This document shows positions 18,975 to 27,782 of a stretch of 54,277 nt of DNA, in pieces. Source of the stretch: Candidatus Kerfeldbacteria bacterium (GTDB lineage Bacteria > Patescibacteriota > Patescibacteriia > SBBC01 > CAIJZX01); contig JACPSJ010000001.1 in NCBI GenBank assembly GCA_016193315.1, forward strand, positions 350,446 to 404,722, given 5' to 3'. Within the stretch, counting starts at the first letter, position 1, and every line of letters begins with the position of its first letter. The translations under genes and the position numbers were made by a program. The notes beneath the pieces were generated by a model. The model was given only the letters and a program-made list of their open reading frames with translations, was not told the DNA's origin and did not search any database.

Positions 18975-19694
18975 ATGCTCCAGGTTCAGGTCGCTTCATT
19001 CTCCGGCCCGCTCGATATGCTGCTCCAACTGATCGAGCAAGAGCAGCTTGACATCAGCCAGATATCGCTGGCCGCGGTCACGGATCAGTATATCAGTCAA
19101 CTCCAAAACATGGAGCAATTGCCGATCGACGAACTAGCCGACTTTTTGGTCGTGGCGGCGAAACTGCTAGTCATCAAGTCGAGATTGATGGTCCCGGGGC
19201 AGCCGGTCGAAGATGAGACGGGCAACGACCTGGCCCGGCAGCTACGGCTATACCAAGCGTTTGTCGAGGCCGCGAAAATAGTCAACCGCTGGTGGGGGCG
19301 ACATCGGGTCAGTTACCCTCGCGATGGCTACGCCACGATGGAGGTAATTTTTAATCCACCGCCCAAACTAACCTCGGTCATGGTTCGTCAAATGTTCGGC
19401 GAGGTCCTGCGCGGCCTGGAACCGATCGTCCGGCTGCCACAGACGGTAGTCGTCCGCACGATCAATATCCGTCAGAAGATTGAGCAGGTGAAGGAACTGA
19501 TCGTCCGACAGTCGCGGACCAGCTGGCGCCAACTGCTGGAACTGGCGACGACCAAGACCGAAGCGATCGTGACGTTCCTGGCCGTGCTTGAGCTGGTGAA
19601 GCAACAGGCCGTTCAGGTGGCCCAGGAAGACTTGTTCGACGATTTGGAGATCGACGCGCTACCGGCGGCCGGCCACGGAGCTAATCAGCCATGA
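18975..19694 (+). CDS. scpA: Segregation and condensation protein A
   Basis: FSGPLDMLLQLI, ADFLVVAAKLL.IKS, TFLAVLEL. Confidence 0.93.
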   Translation: MLQVQVASFSGPLDMLLQLIEQEQLDISQISLAAVTDQYISQLQNMEQLPIDELADFLVVAAKLLVIKSRLMVPGQPVEDETGNDLARQLRLYQAFVEAAKIVNRWWGRHRVSYPRDGYATMEVIFNPPPKLTSVMVRQMFGEVLRGLEPIVRLPQTVVVRTINIRQKIEQVKELIVRQSRTSWRQLLELATTKTEAIVTFLAVLELVKQQAVQVAQEDLFDDLEIDALPAAGHGANQP

Positions 19695-20278
19695 ACCTAG
19701 CTGGAAAAATCGAAAGTCTACTGTTCGTCTCGCCGCGACCACTGTCGCTACGAAAACTAGCCGATTTGACTGCTTCCGAAGTATCGGTTGTCGAGCAGGC
19801 GATCGCCGACTTGACCCAGCGTTACAATCGTCAGGACCAAGGCATCAACATCCTCCGTCACGGATCCGCCGTGCAAATGGTCACCAGCCCTTTGAGCAGT
19901 CAGCTGGTCACAAGTTTCTTGAAAGAGGAACAGGCTGGCGAACTAACCCGGCCGGCTTTGGAAACGTTGACCATTATTGCCTATCGCGGGCCGATTTCGA
20001 AAATCCAGCTCGATACGATTCGGGGGGTCAACTGCGCCCTTATTCTCCGCCATTTGATGGTCAAAGGCCTGGTGGAAGCCAAACCGCACCGGGATAAATA
20101 CCAGACGACCTACCAGGTGGCCATTGATTTCGTCCGCTTCCTCGGCCTCAACCAGATTGCCGACTTGCCGGACTATCAACGTCTCAACCATGATGAAAAC
20201 CTGGAGCATCTCCTCAACCCGCCACCACCGGTCGCCACTGATGAAACCGGCGCCAAGTCGACGGCCCAACCGCCATGA
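19691..20278 (+). CDS. scpB: Segregation and condensation protein B
   Basis: IESLLF, ALETLTIIAY.GP, IRGVN, F...GL....LP. Confidence 0.93.
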   Translation: MNLAGKIESLLFVSPRPLSLRKLADLTASEVSVVEQAIADLTQRYNRQDQGINILRHGSAVQMVTSPLSSQLVTSFLKEEQAGELTRPALETLTIIAYRGPISKIQLDTIRGVNCALILRHLMVKGLVEAKPHRDKYQTTYQVAIDFVRFLGLNQIADLPDYQRLNHDENLEHLLNPPPPVATDETGAKSTAQPP

Positions 20279-21057
20279 ACACCCGCAACCCACTGCTGAT
20301 CGCCAATTGGAAAATGCAGCTGACCGTCCAGCAGACGGTCCAACTGATCACCGAACTCCGACGCGAGGTCCGGCACTACCGCGGTCCGGTCCAGCTGGTC
20401 GCCTGCCCGTCCTTCACCTCATTGCCGGAAGCCCACCGCCGATTGGTGGGCAGCAAGATTCGTCTCGGGGCGCAGGATGTCTTTTGGGATGATCGCGGGC
20501 CGTACACCGGCGCCATCTCGCCCCTCATGCTTCGTGAGCTGGGCGTTGAATATGTCATCGTCGGTCACTCCGAACGTCGACACCATCTCGGTGAGACCGA
20601 TGACATGGTAGCGCGGAAGATGGTCAGTGCCTTGGCTCACGGCCTCCAGCCGATCCTGTGCGTCGGTGAATCGACCGCCGAACGGAGCCAAGGGGTTCGG
20701 GAGACCGTCGTCCGCCGACAGCTAACCGAAGCCTTCCGTAGTCTGCCACCACCATCACAAGGACGGCGAATCGCCGTGGTCTACGAGCCGATTTGGGCCA
20801 TCGGCACCGGGATGCCAGCCGACCCGGACCAAGCCACCGAGATGCGCAATATCATTCACCAAACATTGATCGACTTGTATGCCCCCACGCTCGTCGATCG
20901 GCAATTCCTGATTCTCTACGGTGGTAGCGTTGATCCACAAAACATTTGCGATTATATACGGGGCGAGCGGTTCGATGGGGCCTTGGTCGGCACGGCTAGC
21001 CTCAATGCCCAAACGTTTGTTACAATGTTGAAGGAAGTGAGTGACTGCCTGAGCTAA
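20275..21057 (+). CDS. tpiA: Triosephosphate isomerase
   Basis: ANWKM, GHSERR, YEPIWAIGTG, YGGSV. Confidence 0.96.
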   Translation: MNTRNPLLIANWKMQLTVQQTVQLITELRREVRHYRGPVQLVACPSFTSLPEAHRRLVGSKIRLGAQDVFWDDRGPYTGAISPLMLRELGVEYVIVGHSERRHHLGETDDMVARKMVSALAHGLQPILCVGESTAERSQGVRETVVRRQLTEAFRSLPPPSQGRRIAVVYEPIWAIGTGMPADPDQATEMRNIIHQTLIDLYAPTLVDRQFLILYGGSVDPQNICDYIRGERFDGALVGTASLNAQTFVTMLKEVSDCLS

Positions 21058-21062
21058 CCACC

Positions 21063-22097
21063 ATGCCGGCCCGCCCCATTCGCATCGCCATCAACGGTTT
21101 TGGTCGCATCGGCCGGAACGCTTTCAAGGTGGCCCTCGAGAAACCGGAGCTCGAGGTGGTGGCGATCAACGAACTCGGCAGCCTGGAAGTGATGGCCCAC
21201 CTGCTGCGGTACGACACCGCCTACGGACGATACCGTCGTCAGGTGACGTACGGTCGTGATTGGCTACAAGTCGATGATCGTCGGATTCATTTCCTATCGG
21301 TCAAAGAACCGTCCACCCTGCCCTGGCGGGAGCTGGCGATCGACGTTGTCCTTGAATCAACTGGTCGGTTCACCAATGACGGCGCGGCCAAGGTCCACCT
21401 CGGCGCTGGCGCCAAGCGAGTCATCGTCTCGGCGCCGACCAAGGGCGGAGACATCGCCACCTATCTGATCGGCGTCAATGATGGAGACAATAAAGGTGAC
21501 GGTGTTTTTTCCAACGCCTCCTGCACCACCAACTGCGTGGCGCCAGTGACACGAGTCATCCACCATGAGTTCGGAATTGCCAAAGCGACGATGACCACCG
21601 TCCACTCCTACACCGCCGAGCAGAATCTGGTCGACGGCCCAGTACCGCCGCTCCACCCCGATCTCCGCCGCGCCCGCGCGGCCGCCGAAAACATCGTCCC
21701 CACCACCTCGGGGGCGGCCATCTCGACCGGCGAAGTCCTGCCTGAGTTAAAAGGCAAGTTCGATGGCTACGCCTTGCGTGTGCCGACGCTGGTGGTCTCG
21801 TACACCGATTTCACGTTCCTGACCAAGAAACGGACCACGGTCAAACAGGTGAACGAGGCGTTCAAGCGTTGGTCCGTCCGTCCTGACTTGCAAGGTATCT
21901 TGGCTTACACCGAGGAACCGCTGGTGTCCTCCGACTTCAAGGGCCATCCGGCCTCAGCCATCGTTGACTTGCCGCTGACGAAGGTCATTGACGGCGATTT
22001 AGTTAAAGTGGGGGCGTGGTACGATAACGAGTGGGGCTATTCCAATCGTTACGTCGAGCAAGCCATTATGGTCGGTCGGCAGCTGCTCGGCTCGTAG
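21063..22097 (+). CDS. gap: Type I glyceraldehyde-3-phosphate dehydrogenase
   Basis: INGFGRIGR, SNASCTTNC, WYDNEWGYS. Confidence 0.97.
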   Translation: MPARPIRIAINGFGRIGRNAFKVALEKPELEVVAINELGSLEVMAHLLRYDTAYGRYRRQVTYGRDWLQVDDRRIHFLSVKEPSTLPWRELAIDVVLESTGRFTNDGAAKVHLGAGAKRVIVSAPTKGGDIATYLIGVNDGDNKGDGVFSNASCTTNCVAPVTRVIHHEFGIAKATMTTVHSYTAEQNLVDGPVPPLHPDLRRARAAAENIVPTTSGAAISTGEVLPELKGKFDGYALRVPTLVVSYTDFTFLTKKRTTVKQVNEAFKRWSVRPDLQGILAYTEEPLVSSDFKGHPASAIVDLPLTKVIDGDLVKVGAWYDNEWGYSNRYVEQAIMVGRQLLGS

Positions 22098-22179
22098 CCC
22101 GGCGGCCAATATGGTATACTGAGCGCGAACATATCCCCAGGCCCCGGCGGGCCACCAAAGGCGAAAGGAGGTGATCGGC

Positions 22180-22392
22180 ATGTGGAAATATGAAGTCTCG
22201 TCGCTGGCTAAAGCCTTTTTCTGGTTCGGTTTGGTGAACGGCGTCCTCGCCTTCTGGGTCCAGTACGGTTTTGTCTACCAGACCGGCACCCAACAGCTCT
22301 TCGGTGACCCGGTCTTTCACCTCCTGCTCGGCAGCTTGAGCATGCTGGCTGGCGTTTTCCTCAATACGGAACGGACCAACCGGTTGCTCTAA
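22180..22392 (+). CDS. Small two-TM membrane protein
   Basis: AAAGGAGGTG RBS before the ATG; two hydrophobic segments; followed by a strong hairpin at 22403-22432. Confidence 0.6.
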   Translation: MWKYEVSSLAKAFFWFGLVNGVLAFWVQYGFVYQTGTQQLFGDPVFHLLLGSLSMLAGVFLNTERTNRLL

Positions 22393-22430
22393 TTTCGATA
22401 TTTCGTTTCAGCCGCAGCCGCGGCTGAAAC

Positions 22431-22601
22431 GACCAAGTAGGAGCCGCTCGGTCCGGCAAAGCCTGTGACCTCGCGGCGCCGCTATTCCTAACGCGGCCTC
22501 CCCTTCGACTACGCTCAGGGACGGCCGCGTTTTGAGGAACACCTCCTGGCCAGTGTGATGTGGCAGCCGGACTTGACTGACCAGCTGACACTAGCTTGGC
22601 C
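22431..22601. ncRNA. Candidate ~170-nt rod-shaped ncRNA (6S-like shape) with a REP-like apical hairpin
   Basis: Nested stems CCAAG/CTTGG, GTCCGGC/GCCGGAC, TTCCT/AGGAA, AACGCGGCC/GGCCGCGTT, TCCCC/GGGGA separated by large internal loops. Confidence 0.3.
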
Positions 22602-22619
22602 AGTCGGTTTTGGGGCCGC

Positions 22620-22648
22620 TTGCCAAATCTTTCACTCTCCGCTATCCT
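22620..22648 (+). promoter_or_regulatory. Sigma70-type promoter for the GIY-YIG/tRNA-Glu unit
   Basis: TTGCCA-17bp-TATCCT, 15 nt before a tRNA-Glu 5'-end copy. Confidence 0.55.
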
Positions 22649-22807
22649 GGTCACGTTTTCCATGCCGCCTTCGTCTCCGGCGACGCCCCGCCCAGCGGGG
22701 CTGCCGGACCCGGCTCCGCCGGGTAGGCCGGTCGACTTGTCTGGCTACGCTAGGAGCAACAAGTTCTTCCACAAAGCAGGGCGGGCTCCGGTCGAGCACC
22801 TTTTCCC

Positions 22808-23083
22808 ATGTCCTGTTACGTTTACGTCATTAGAAGTATCCGTTTCAAACGGCTATACTATGGTAGCTGTGAAAACCTGCCAAATCGTTTAGGTCAGCAT
22901 AATGCAGGACAAGTTCGATCTACGAGGCCGTATCGACCATGGGAGCTAATCCGAACGGAAGAATTCAAAACCAGAGGTGAGGCTCGGAAGAGAGAACAAC
23001 AACTAAAGCGGTCGGGGGTCGCAAGGAAACAGCTGAAACGAGATCCAAGTAAGTACGTGCCGCCATCGTCTAGCCCGGCCTAG
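22808..23083 (+). CDS. Standalone GIY-YIG nuclease (YhbQ/Slx1-like)
   Basis: YVYVI...LYYG.....R..QHN.G...T...RPW.L...E.F....A..RE..LK; stop lies inside the tRNA-Glu gene. Confidence 0.88.
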   Translation: MSCYVYVIRSIRFKRLYYGSCENLPNRLGQHNAGQVRSTRPYRPWELIRTEEFKTRGEARKREQQLKRSGVARKQLKRDPSKYVPPSSSPA

Positions 23084-23136
23084 GACACATGGTTCTCAGC
23101 CATGGAACTGGGGTTCGAATCCCCATGGCGGTACCA
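23059..23136 (+). tRNA. tRNA-Glu(CTC)
   Basis: GCCGCCA/TGGCGGT acceptor, CATGG-TTCTCAG-CCATG anticodon arm, GGGG-TTCGAAT-CCCC T arm, encoded CCA. Confidence 0.93.
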
Positions 23137-23185
23137 CCAATGTATTCGAAGTGAGTGACTTCGAAGTAACCTCATGCGAAGTAGA

Positions 23186-23298
23186 GTGCCGGGATTCGAA
23201 GGGCAGGAGTGAGGGCGAACGAAGCGAAGCCCGAACGTCCGGCGAGGCGCCGGTGGCGCGTCGCCGCTGCCCAGGATCGAATCCCCATGGCGGTACCA
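23186..23298 (+). repeat. tRNA 3'-linked hairpin element ending in a 22-bp exact duplicate of the tRNA-Glu 3' end (family T)
   Basis: 23277-23298 equals 23115-23136; antisense GGGATTCGAA; GGGCAG/CTGCCC stem; GCGCCGGTGGCGC hairpin. Confidence 0.8.
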
Positions 23299-23424
23299 AT
23301 TGGGAAATGAGCGAAAATCGGCCGCGCTCGACCACCCGATTTTCGCTTCGTAGCCGAGTTCTCTCCCTTTGCGCCCGTTTGGGGCGCGGGCGAACGCGGG
23401 CTTTTTTCTCCGTAACCCAAAACT

Positions 23425-23622
23425 ATGAAATACTATCTCTATGCTAGAAAATCCACCGAGGAAGACTCACAACAAGTGCTTAGTATTGAAGCCCAACTTG
23501 TTGAATTGAAAGAATTTGCCGCCAAAGAAAAACTTGTCACCGCCAGCGGGCGGGATCCCGCCTTCATTAGATCTTTGAATCAAAGTGGCGGGAAAATCGT
23601 CACTTCGCTTCGCTCAGTGTAA
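23425..23622 (+). pseudogene. N-terminal fragment of a serine recombinase
   Basis: YARKSTEE..Q..SIEAQ..EL catalytic motif; similarity ends at a TCCCGCC..GGCGGGA hairpin. Confidence 0.8.
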
Positions 23623-23782
23623 ACTTCAAGGCGCGCCCTCCCTCGACGCGGCTCGGAACAGGCGCGGGCGGCGGCTCGGAAAGTCCTAGTCAGGAGATCA
23701 AGAGACGGGTGAGTTGAGCCGGGCCTTGACCGGAACACACAAAATGCTATTCTGTATCAGTGGTCATAGTTCTCAATTCCCT

Positions 23783-24055
23783 ATGCCTCAACCTCCGGCC
23801 GCGAAAGACGACCTGACGAAACTCGGCTCGCGCCTTGATGGAATAATCCAACATCAAACCCGGGGACTCATCGCCCACTTCAACCAGAGTCAAGCAACGC
23901 AGACGGAATGGATCAAGGGGGAGGTTGACAAGGTCCACGTCGAACCTGAGGCGATCAAGGAATTGTTGGCCTGGCGGCAGGAACTCCAGAATCTGGTCCG
24001 CGAAATCAAATCCCATGGCCTGGCGCTTGATGAATCGAAGATCTTCAATACTTGA
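23783..24055 (+). CDS. Hypothetical coiled-coil protein
   Basis: ATG after a pyrimidine-rich leader; helical heptad-like composition. Confidence 0.55.
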   Translation: MPQPPAAKDDLTKLGSRLDGIIQHQTRGLIAHFNQSQATQTEWIKGEVDKVHVEPEAIKELLAWRQELQNLVREIKSHGLALDESKIFNT

Positions 24056-24128
24056 TCAGCTGCTGATCAGCGGACACAACAAAGGCGGATAAGAAAACGA
24101 GCCAGCCGCGCTAGCCCGTAAAGAGTCG

Positions 24129-24683
24129 TTACCAAGCGGTCATGATCTGACCGTCTTCGGTGATTTGGATTTGCGGCCGGCGCGTCGGATGCAGCTGGTA
24201 GTAGAGGGCGATCTTGGCCCGCATCCGTTTCAGGCCGTTGCGAATGAACGTCTTGGCCCAATCCCGGCCGGCGCGCGTGGCGGCCGGGAGAACTGCATGG
24301 CTCAGCCCAGTCAGCGAGACTCGACTCCGTCCGCGCCGTGCGGCGGCCACCACATGTTCCATAATGGCGGCTGCGGTGACACGCTCTCGACCGTGGAACC
24401 GGGTCGGGATCTTCGGTTGGAAGAGCATGGCCTGGAGATGTTCGAGCTCGGCCAGCACTGCTGGGCGCTGGTCGGCCGAAAAACCCTCCTGGAAAACGCC
24501 GCTGGCCACTCCACCCGCAGTCACTCCAGGATCGACACCGATCGTCCGCTGAACCGCCAGGCGCTCATCGGCGGTCAAGTTCTTCAGTATCGTCGGGATG
24601 AGCCTGACTCGACTGTCCGGTGTCAGCCCCCGCCACAGGATGACTAAGGCGCGTTCAGCCGGCGTTACACCCATGCTGGTCAT
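24129..24683 (-). CDS. Hypothetical protein
   Basis: AAGGAGGA RBS before the ATG; 184-aa ORF. Confidence 0.55.
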   Translation of the reverse strand: MTSMGVTPAERALVILWRGLTPDSRVRLIPTILKNLTADERLAVQRTIGVDPGVTAGGVASGVFQEGFSADQRPAVLAELEHLQAMLFQPKIPTRFHGRERVTAAAIMEHVVAAARRGRSRVSLTGLSHAVLPAATRAGRDWAKTFIRNGLKRMRAKIALYYQLHPTRRPQIQITEDGQIMTAW

Positions 24684-24911
24684 TCCTCCTTTCGGCCTAG
24701 AATGTGCGTTCAGACGCTAGCAGAGTCTGAGACCATGGTCAAGCCCAGCACCACTTTTGCCGGTGATTTCCTTAGTGGCGCCAGCGCCGCGGATGTCACA
24801 GTTTCCAATGTAAGAGAAAGAGAGGGAGTTCATCGGCGGCAAAAGTGGTGCTGGATCAAAGCCTGGCCGTTCCGTTGCGCCTGGTTTCTTGCTATACTAT
24901 CCACAGTCTTT

Positions 24912-25460
24912 ATGCCTCGCCGCACACTCATCCTGGTGGTCGCCCTGGTCGCCGTCCTGGCCGGCGCCGGTGTTTGGTGGTGGTTCAACCAGGACCAGGT
25001 CAGCGACTTCCTCAATCCACCCACTAATTCTGGGTCGGCAAATACTAGTACCACCGTCAGCAACACCAATCGCCCGCCGGTCAATGCCAGCTTGGCAACC
25101 GAATTGAAAGGCGATGTCGAGATCGACAAGACGGTCAAAATCAACGACGTCGAAGTTCACTTTTCCAGTCTGTCCAAACTTGATTCGTTCGCCGGTCAGC
25201 CGGCCGGGGAGAAGAAAGTTTTTCTGATCGTTTTCTTCGATCCGGTTCAAAGTGGCCAGGTTGAAGCGGTCCAACGCGGGTTACAGAAGGACGTTACCCT
25301 CCATTACAGCGGCGGAGTGTCTCCGCTGGCAAGTTTAAAAATAGCCAGTACCGTGGTGGCCAACGACCGTGGCTATCTGAAGTTCGTCCTGCCAAGTGAC
25401 GCCAGTAACATGGTCTTGGGCATCGGCGCGGCGAACGAACAGTACCAGCTGCCCCTCTAG
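24912..25460 (+). CDS. Membrane-anchored exported protein with an N/T-rich linker
   Basis: TATACT upstream; MPRR plus a TM helix, then a beta-rich domain. Confidence 0.65.
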   Translation: MPRRTLILVVALVAVLAGAGVWWWFNQDQVSDFLNPPTNSGSANTSTTVSNTNRPPVNASLATELKGDVEIDKTVKINDVEVHFSSLSKLDSFAGQPAGEKKVFLIVFFDPVQSGQVEAVQRGLQKDVTLHYSGGVSPLASLKIASTVVANDRGYLKFVLPSDASNMVLGIGAANEQYQLPL

Positions 25461-25502
25461 GCGACCTGGGGCCCCCGATTCTGACTGCGGCTAACGGATG
25501 CG

Positions 25503-25598
25503 TCCCGTTAGAAGTTATGTTATCCTGGTCCGTGTTCCCCAATCGGCGGTGAGAATACCCAAGACGTGGTTCACTGATCTCAGCCACTTCTAACGAGA
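25503..25598. repeat. CCGTTAGAAG/CTTCTAACGG inverted-repeat element, copy A (family L)
   Basis: 13-bp TIR with 1 mismatch; shares ATCTCAGCC(A/G)CTTCTAACG with copy B. Confidence 0.7.
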
Positions 25599-26728
25599 TG
25601 CGCATCGCGATCGTCACCCAAGCCTACTACCCCATCCTCGGTGGTGTGACCGAGCATGTTTGGCACCTCGGCCACGAATTGCAGCGCCGCGGTCACCAGG
25701 TGACCGTCATCACTGGTAGCGCCAGGGACGACGACAACCATGGCTTGCGCGTCCTACGGCACGGTTTCCAAATACCAGTCATGTCGAACGGGGCCAATGT
25801 CTATCTGACGGTCGGGTGGAAACTTGGTCGGTTACTGCAGCGGATTGAGCAGGCCGAACGTTTTGATCTGGTGCACATCCAGGCGCCGCTCGACCCCGGT
25901 TTACCACTGATCGCCAGCAAAGCGATGCGAACGCCGAAAGTCGGGACGTACCACACCGCCCGGCAGGCCAGCGGCGGCTGGCTGGAACGGATTCCGGCGA
26001 TCTTTCGCTCGGTCTTCCTTGACGCCGTCGGCAAGATTAACCACCACATTGCCGTCTCCCCGGCGGCCGAAGAATTCGTCCACCGCTATTTTCCCGCCGT
26101 TGACCTAACCATTATTCCCAACGGCGTCGACGTCGAGCGGTTTTCGCCGTCGGTCCCAGCCGTCGCCAAATACCGTGACGGTCGACTGACGATCCTGTTT
26201 GTCGGTCGGATGGACCCGCGAAAAGGTGCTAAGTTTTTATTTGCGGCCTTGCCCTACATCGAGAGGCGTCTTAAAAACTACCGGGTCCTTGTCGTTGGCA
26301 CCGGGTGGATGCAGAAATACTATGACGCCTTGATTCCGCATCATCTCCGTCGACGAGTCGAATTCGCCGGCTACATCTCCCCGGAGGAACTGCCGCGATA
26401 CTATCGCTCGGCGGATATTTATTGTTCACCAGCCACCGGCAACGAGAGCTTCGGCATCGTCTTACTCGAGGCGATGGCCAGCGGGGTGCCGATCGTGGCC
26501 TCGGATATCGATGGCTATCGCTGGGTGGTCGAACCGGGCCAAGAGGGATTGCTCGTGCCGCCCCGCAGTCCACCGCACTTGGCGAATGCGATCGTTGAGT
26601 TGGCGGATAACGACCGGCAGCGTCGCCAGATGGGCGAACTGGGAAGAGCCAAAGCGATGCAGTATGCCTGGCCGAAAGTTGTTGACCGGATCGAGGCCGT
26701 GTATCGCCAGATACTTCATCCGGCTTGA
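25598..26728 (+). CDS. GT4 glycosyltransferase, PimA-like mannosyltransferase
   Basis: YYP..GGV..H, IPNGVD, FVGR..RKG, ESFGIVLLEAMA. Confidence 0.9.
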   Translation: MRIAIVTQAYYPILGGVTEHVWHLGHELQRRGHQVTVITGSARDDDNHGLRVLRHGFQIPVMSNGANVYLTVGWKLGRLLQRIEQAERFDLVHIQAPLDPGLPLIASKAMRTPKVGTYHTARQASGGWLERIPAIFRSVFLDAVGKINHHIAVSPAAEEFVHRYFPAVDLTIIPNGVDVERFSPSVPAVAKYRDGRLTILFVGRMDPRKGAKFLFAALPYIERRLKNYRVLVVGTGWMQKYYDALIPHHLRRRVEFAGYISPEELPRYYRSADIYCSPATGNESFGIVLLEAMASGVPIVASDIDGYRWVVEPGQEGLLVPPRSPPHLANAIVELADNDRQRRQMGELGRAKAMQYAWPKVVDRIEAVYRQILHPA

Positions 26729-26749
26729 AATGGTTCAAAAACAATCCAC

Positions 26750-26863
26750 TCCGTTAGAGGCGTCCCGTTTGAAGCGGGGCGGGTCGTAGCTTTGTGGATG
26801 AGGCAGGTTGTTTCGGAAATTGAACTTCTTGGTCATGATGATATCTCAGCCGCTTCTAACGGG
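26750..26863. repeat. Family L element, copy B
   Basis: CCGTTAGAGGCG ... CGCTTCTAACGG. Confidence 0.7.
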
Positions 26864-27001
26864 ATAACGGGGTTGACCCAGCACCACTTTTGTTCCGAAA
26901 CATAACGGTGGCTTCGTCTGGAAGATGAATCCGCCAGAGTGGTCTTAAGCTAATCAGCTAACCCCATGAGGAGGATTGACTTTGGCAAAAGTGGGGCTGG
27001 G

Positions 27002-27060
27002 TTGACAGCCAAAAATAGGGGAGTATACTGCCATTAGCACTCTCCTATTGAGACTGCTAA
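27002..27060 (+). promoter_or_regulatory. Promoter plus CIRCE operator of the hrcA operon
   Basis: TTGACA-16bp-TATACT; TTAGCACTC-N9-GACTGCTAA at 27034-27060 (1 mismatch to CIRCE). Confidence 0.88.
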
Positions 27061-27069
27061 TTTGGACCA

Positions 27070-27780
27070 ATGACCATAGTTTCTCAGCGCCAAGAATCCC
27101 TGCTCGGCAGCCTCATCCGAGCCTACATCGCCTCGGCCCGGCCGGTCAGTTCTGGCGAGCTGGTAGAGCGCGACGATTTTGACTTGTCCCCGGCCACCAT
27201 CCGCCACGACATGGCTGATCTGACCGAGGCCGGCTACCTCGAGCAGCCGCACACCTCAGCCGGCCGGATCCCGACTGAGCGGGCCTGGCGCTGGTACCTG
27301 GACCATCGACTGCAACCGCACCCGCCCTCCCGGCGACAGCAAGCGCAGCTCCGTCAAGTGGCCGATGAGTTTCACCGCCAGCCAGACCAGCTCGTCCGGC
27401 AGCTGGCGAAAACGATGGCCGAGCTGGCGGTGGAATCGGTCCTGGTCGCCTACGGTAAGGACGAAACGTTCTACACCGGTTTGTCAAACCTTTTCCATCA
27501 GCCCGAGTTTGAAAACGTTGAGCAGCTTCTCGACCTGTCGCGGATCATCGACCATCTAGACGAGATGGTGGCCAAGATGTATGACCGAGTTGGGTCGGAG
27601 GTGACCGTGCTCGTCGGCCGAGACAACCCCTTCAGCGCCGCTTGCGGCACGATCGTCACCCGCTACGCACTACCACGCCAGCCAGCCGGCCTGATCGGGA
27701 TCCTCGGCCCCCTGCGACAAAACTACGGCGTCAACCTGGGCCTGATGCGGTACACGCAATCGTTGCTGCAAACCATCTGA
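27070..27780 (+). CDS. hrcA: Heat-inducible transcription repressor (short form)
   Basis: PVSS, LSPATIR.DM..L...GYL.QPHTSAGRIPT, GILGP.R.NY; CIRCE upstream. Confidence 0.93.
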   Translation: MTIVSQRQESLLGSLIRAYIASARPVSSGELVERDDFDLSPATIRHDMADLTEAGYLEQPHTSAGRIPTERAWRWYLDHRLQPHPPSRRQQAQLRQVADEFHRQPDQLVRQLAKTMAELAVESVLVAYGKDETFYTGLSNLFHQPEFENVEQLLDLSRIIDHLDEMVAKMYDRVGSEVTVLVGRDNPFSAACGTIVTRYALPRQPAGLIGILGPLRQNYGVNLGLMRYTQSLLQTI

Positions 27781-27782
27781 TC

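Noticed and set aside
23115-23298. attL/attR of an intact prophage or genomic island
   Set aside because: The direct repeats are only ~160 bp apart with no cargo, and the adjacent recombinase is a fragment outside them
23677-23687. RNase P RNA (GGAAAGTCC motif)
   Set aside because: No matching P4 partner or surrounding conserved structure found
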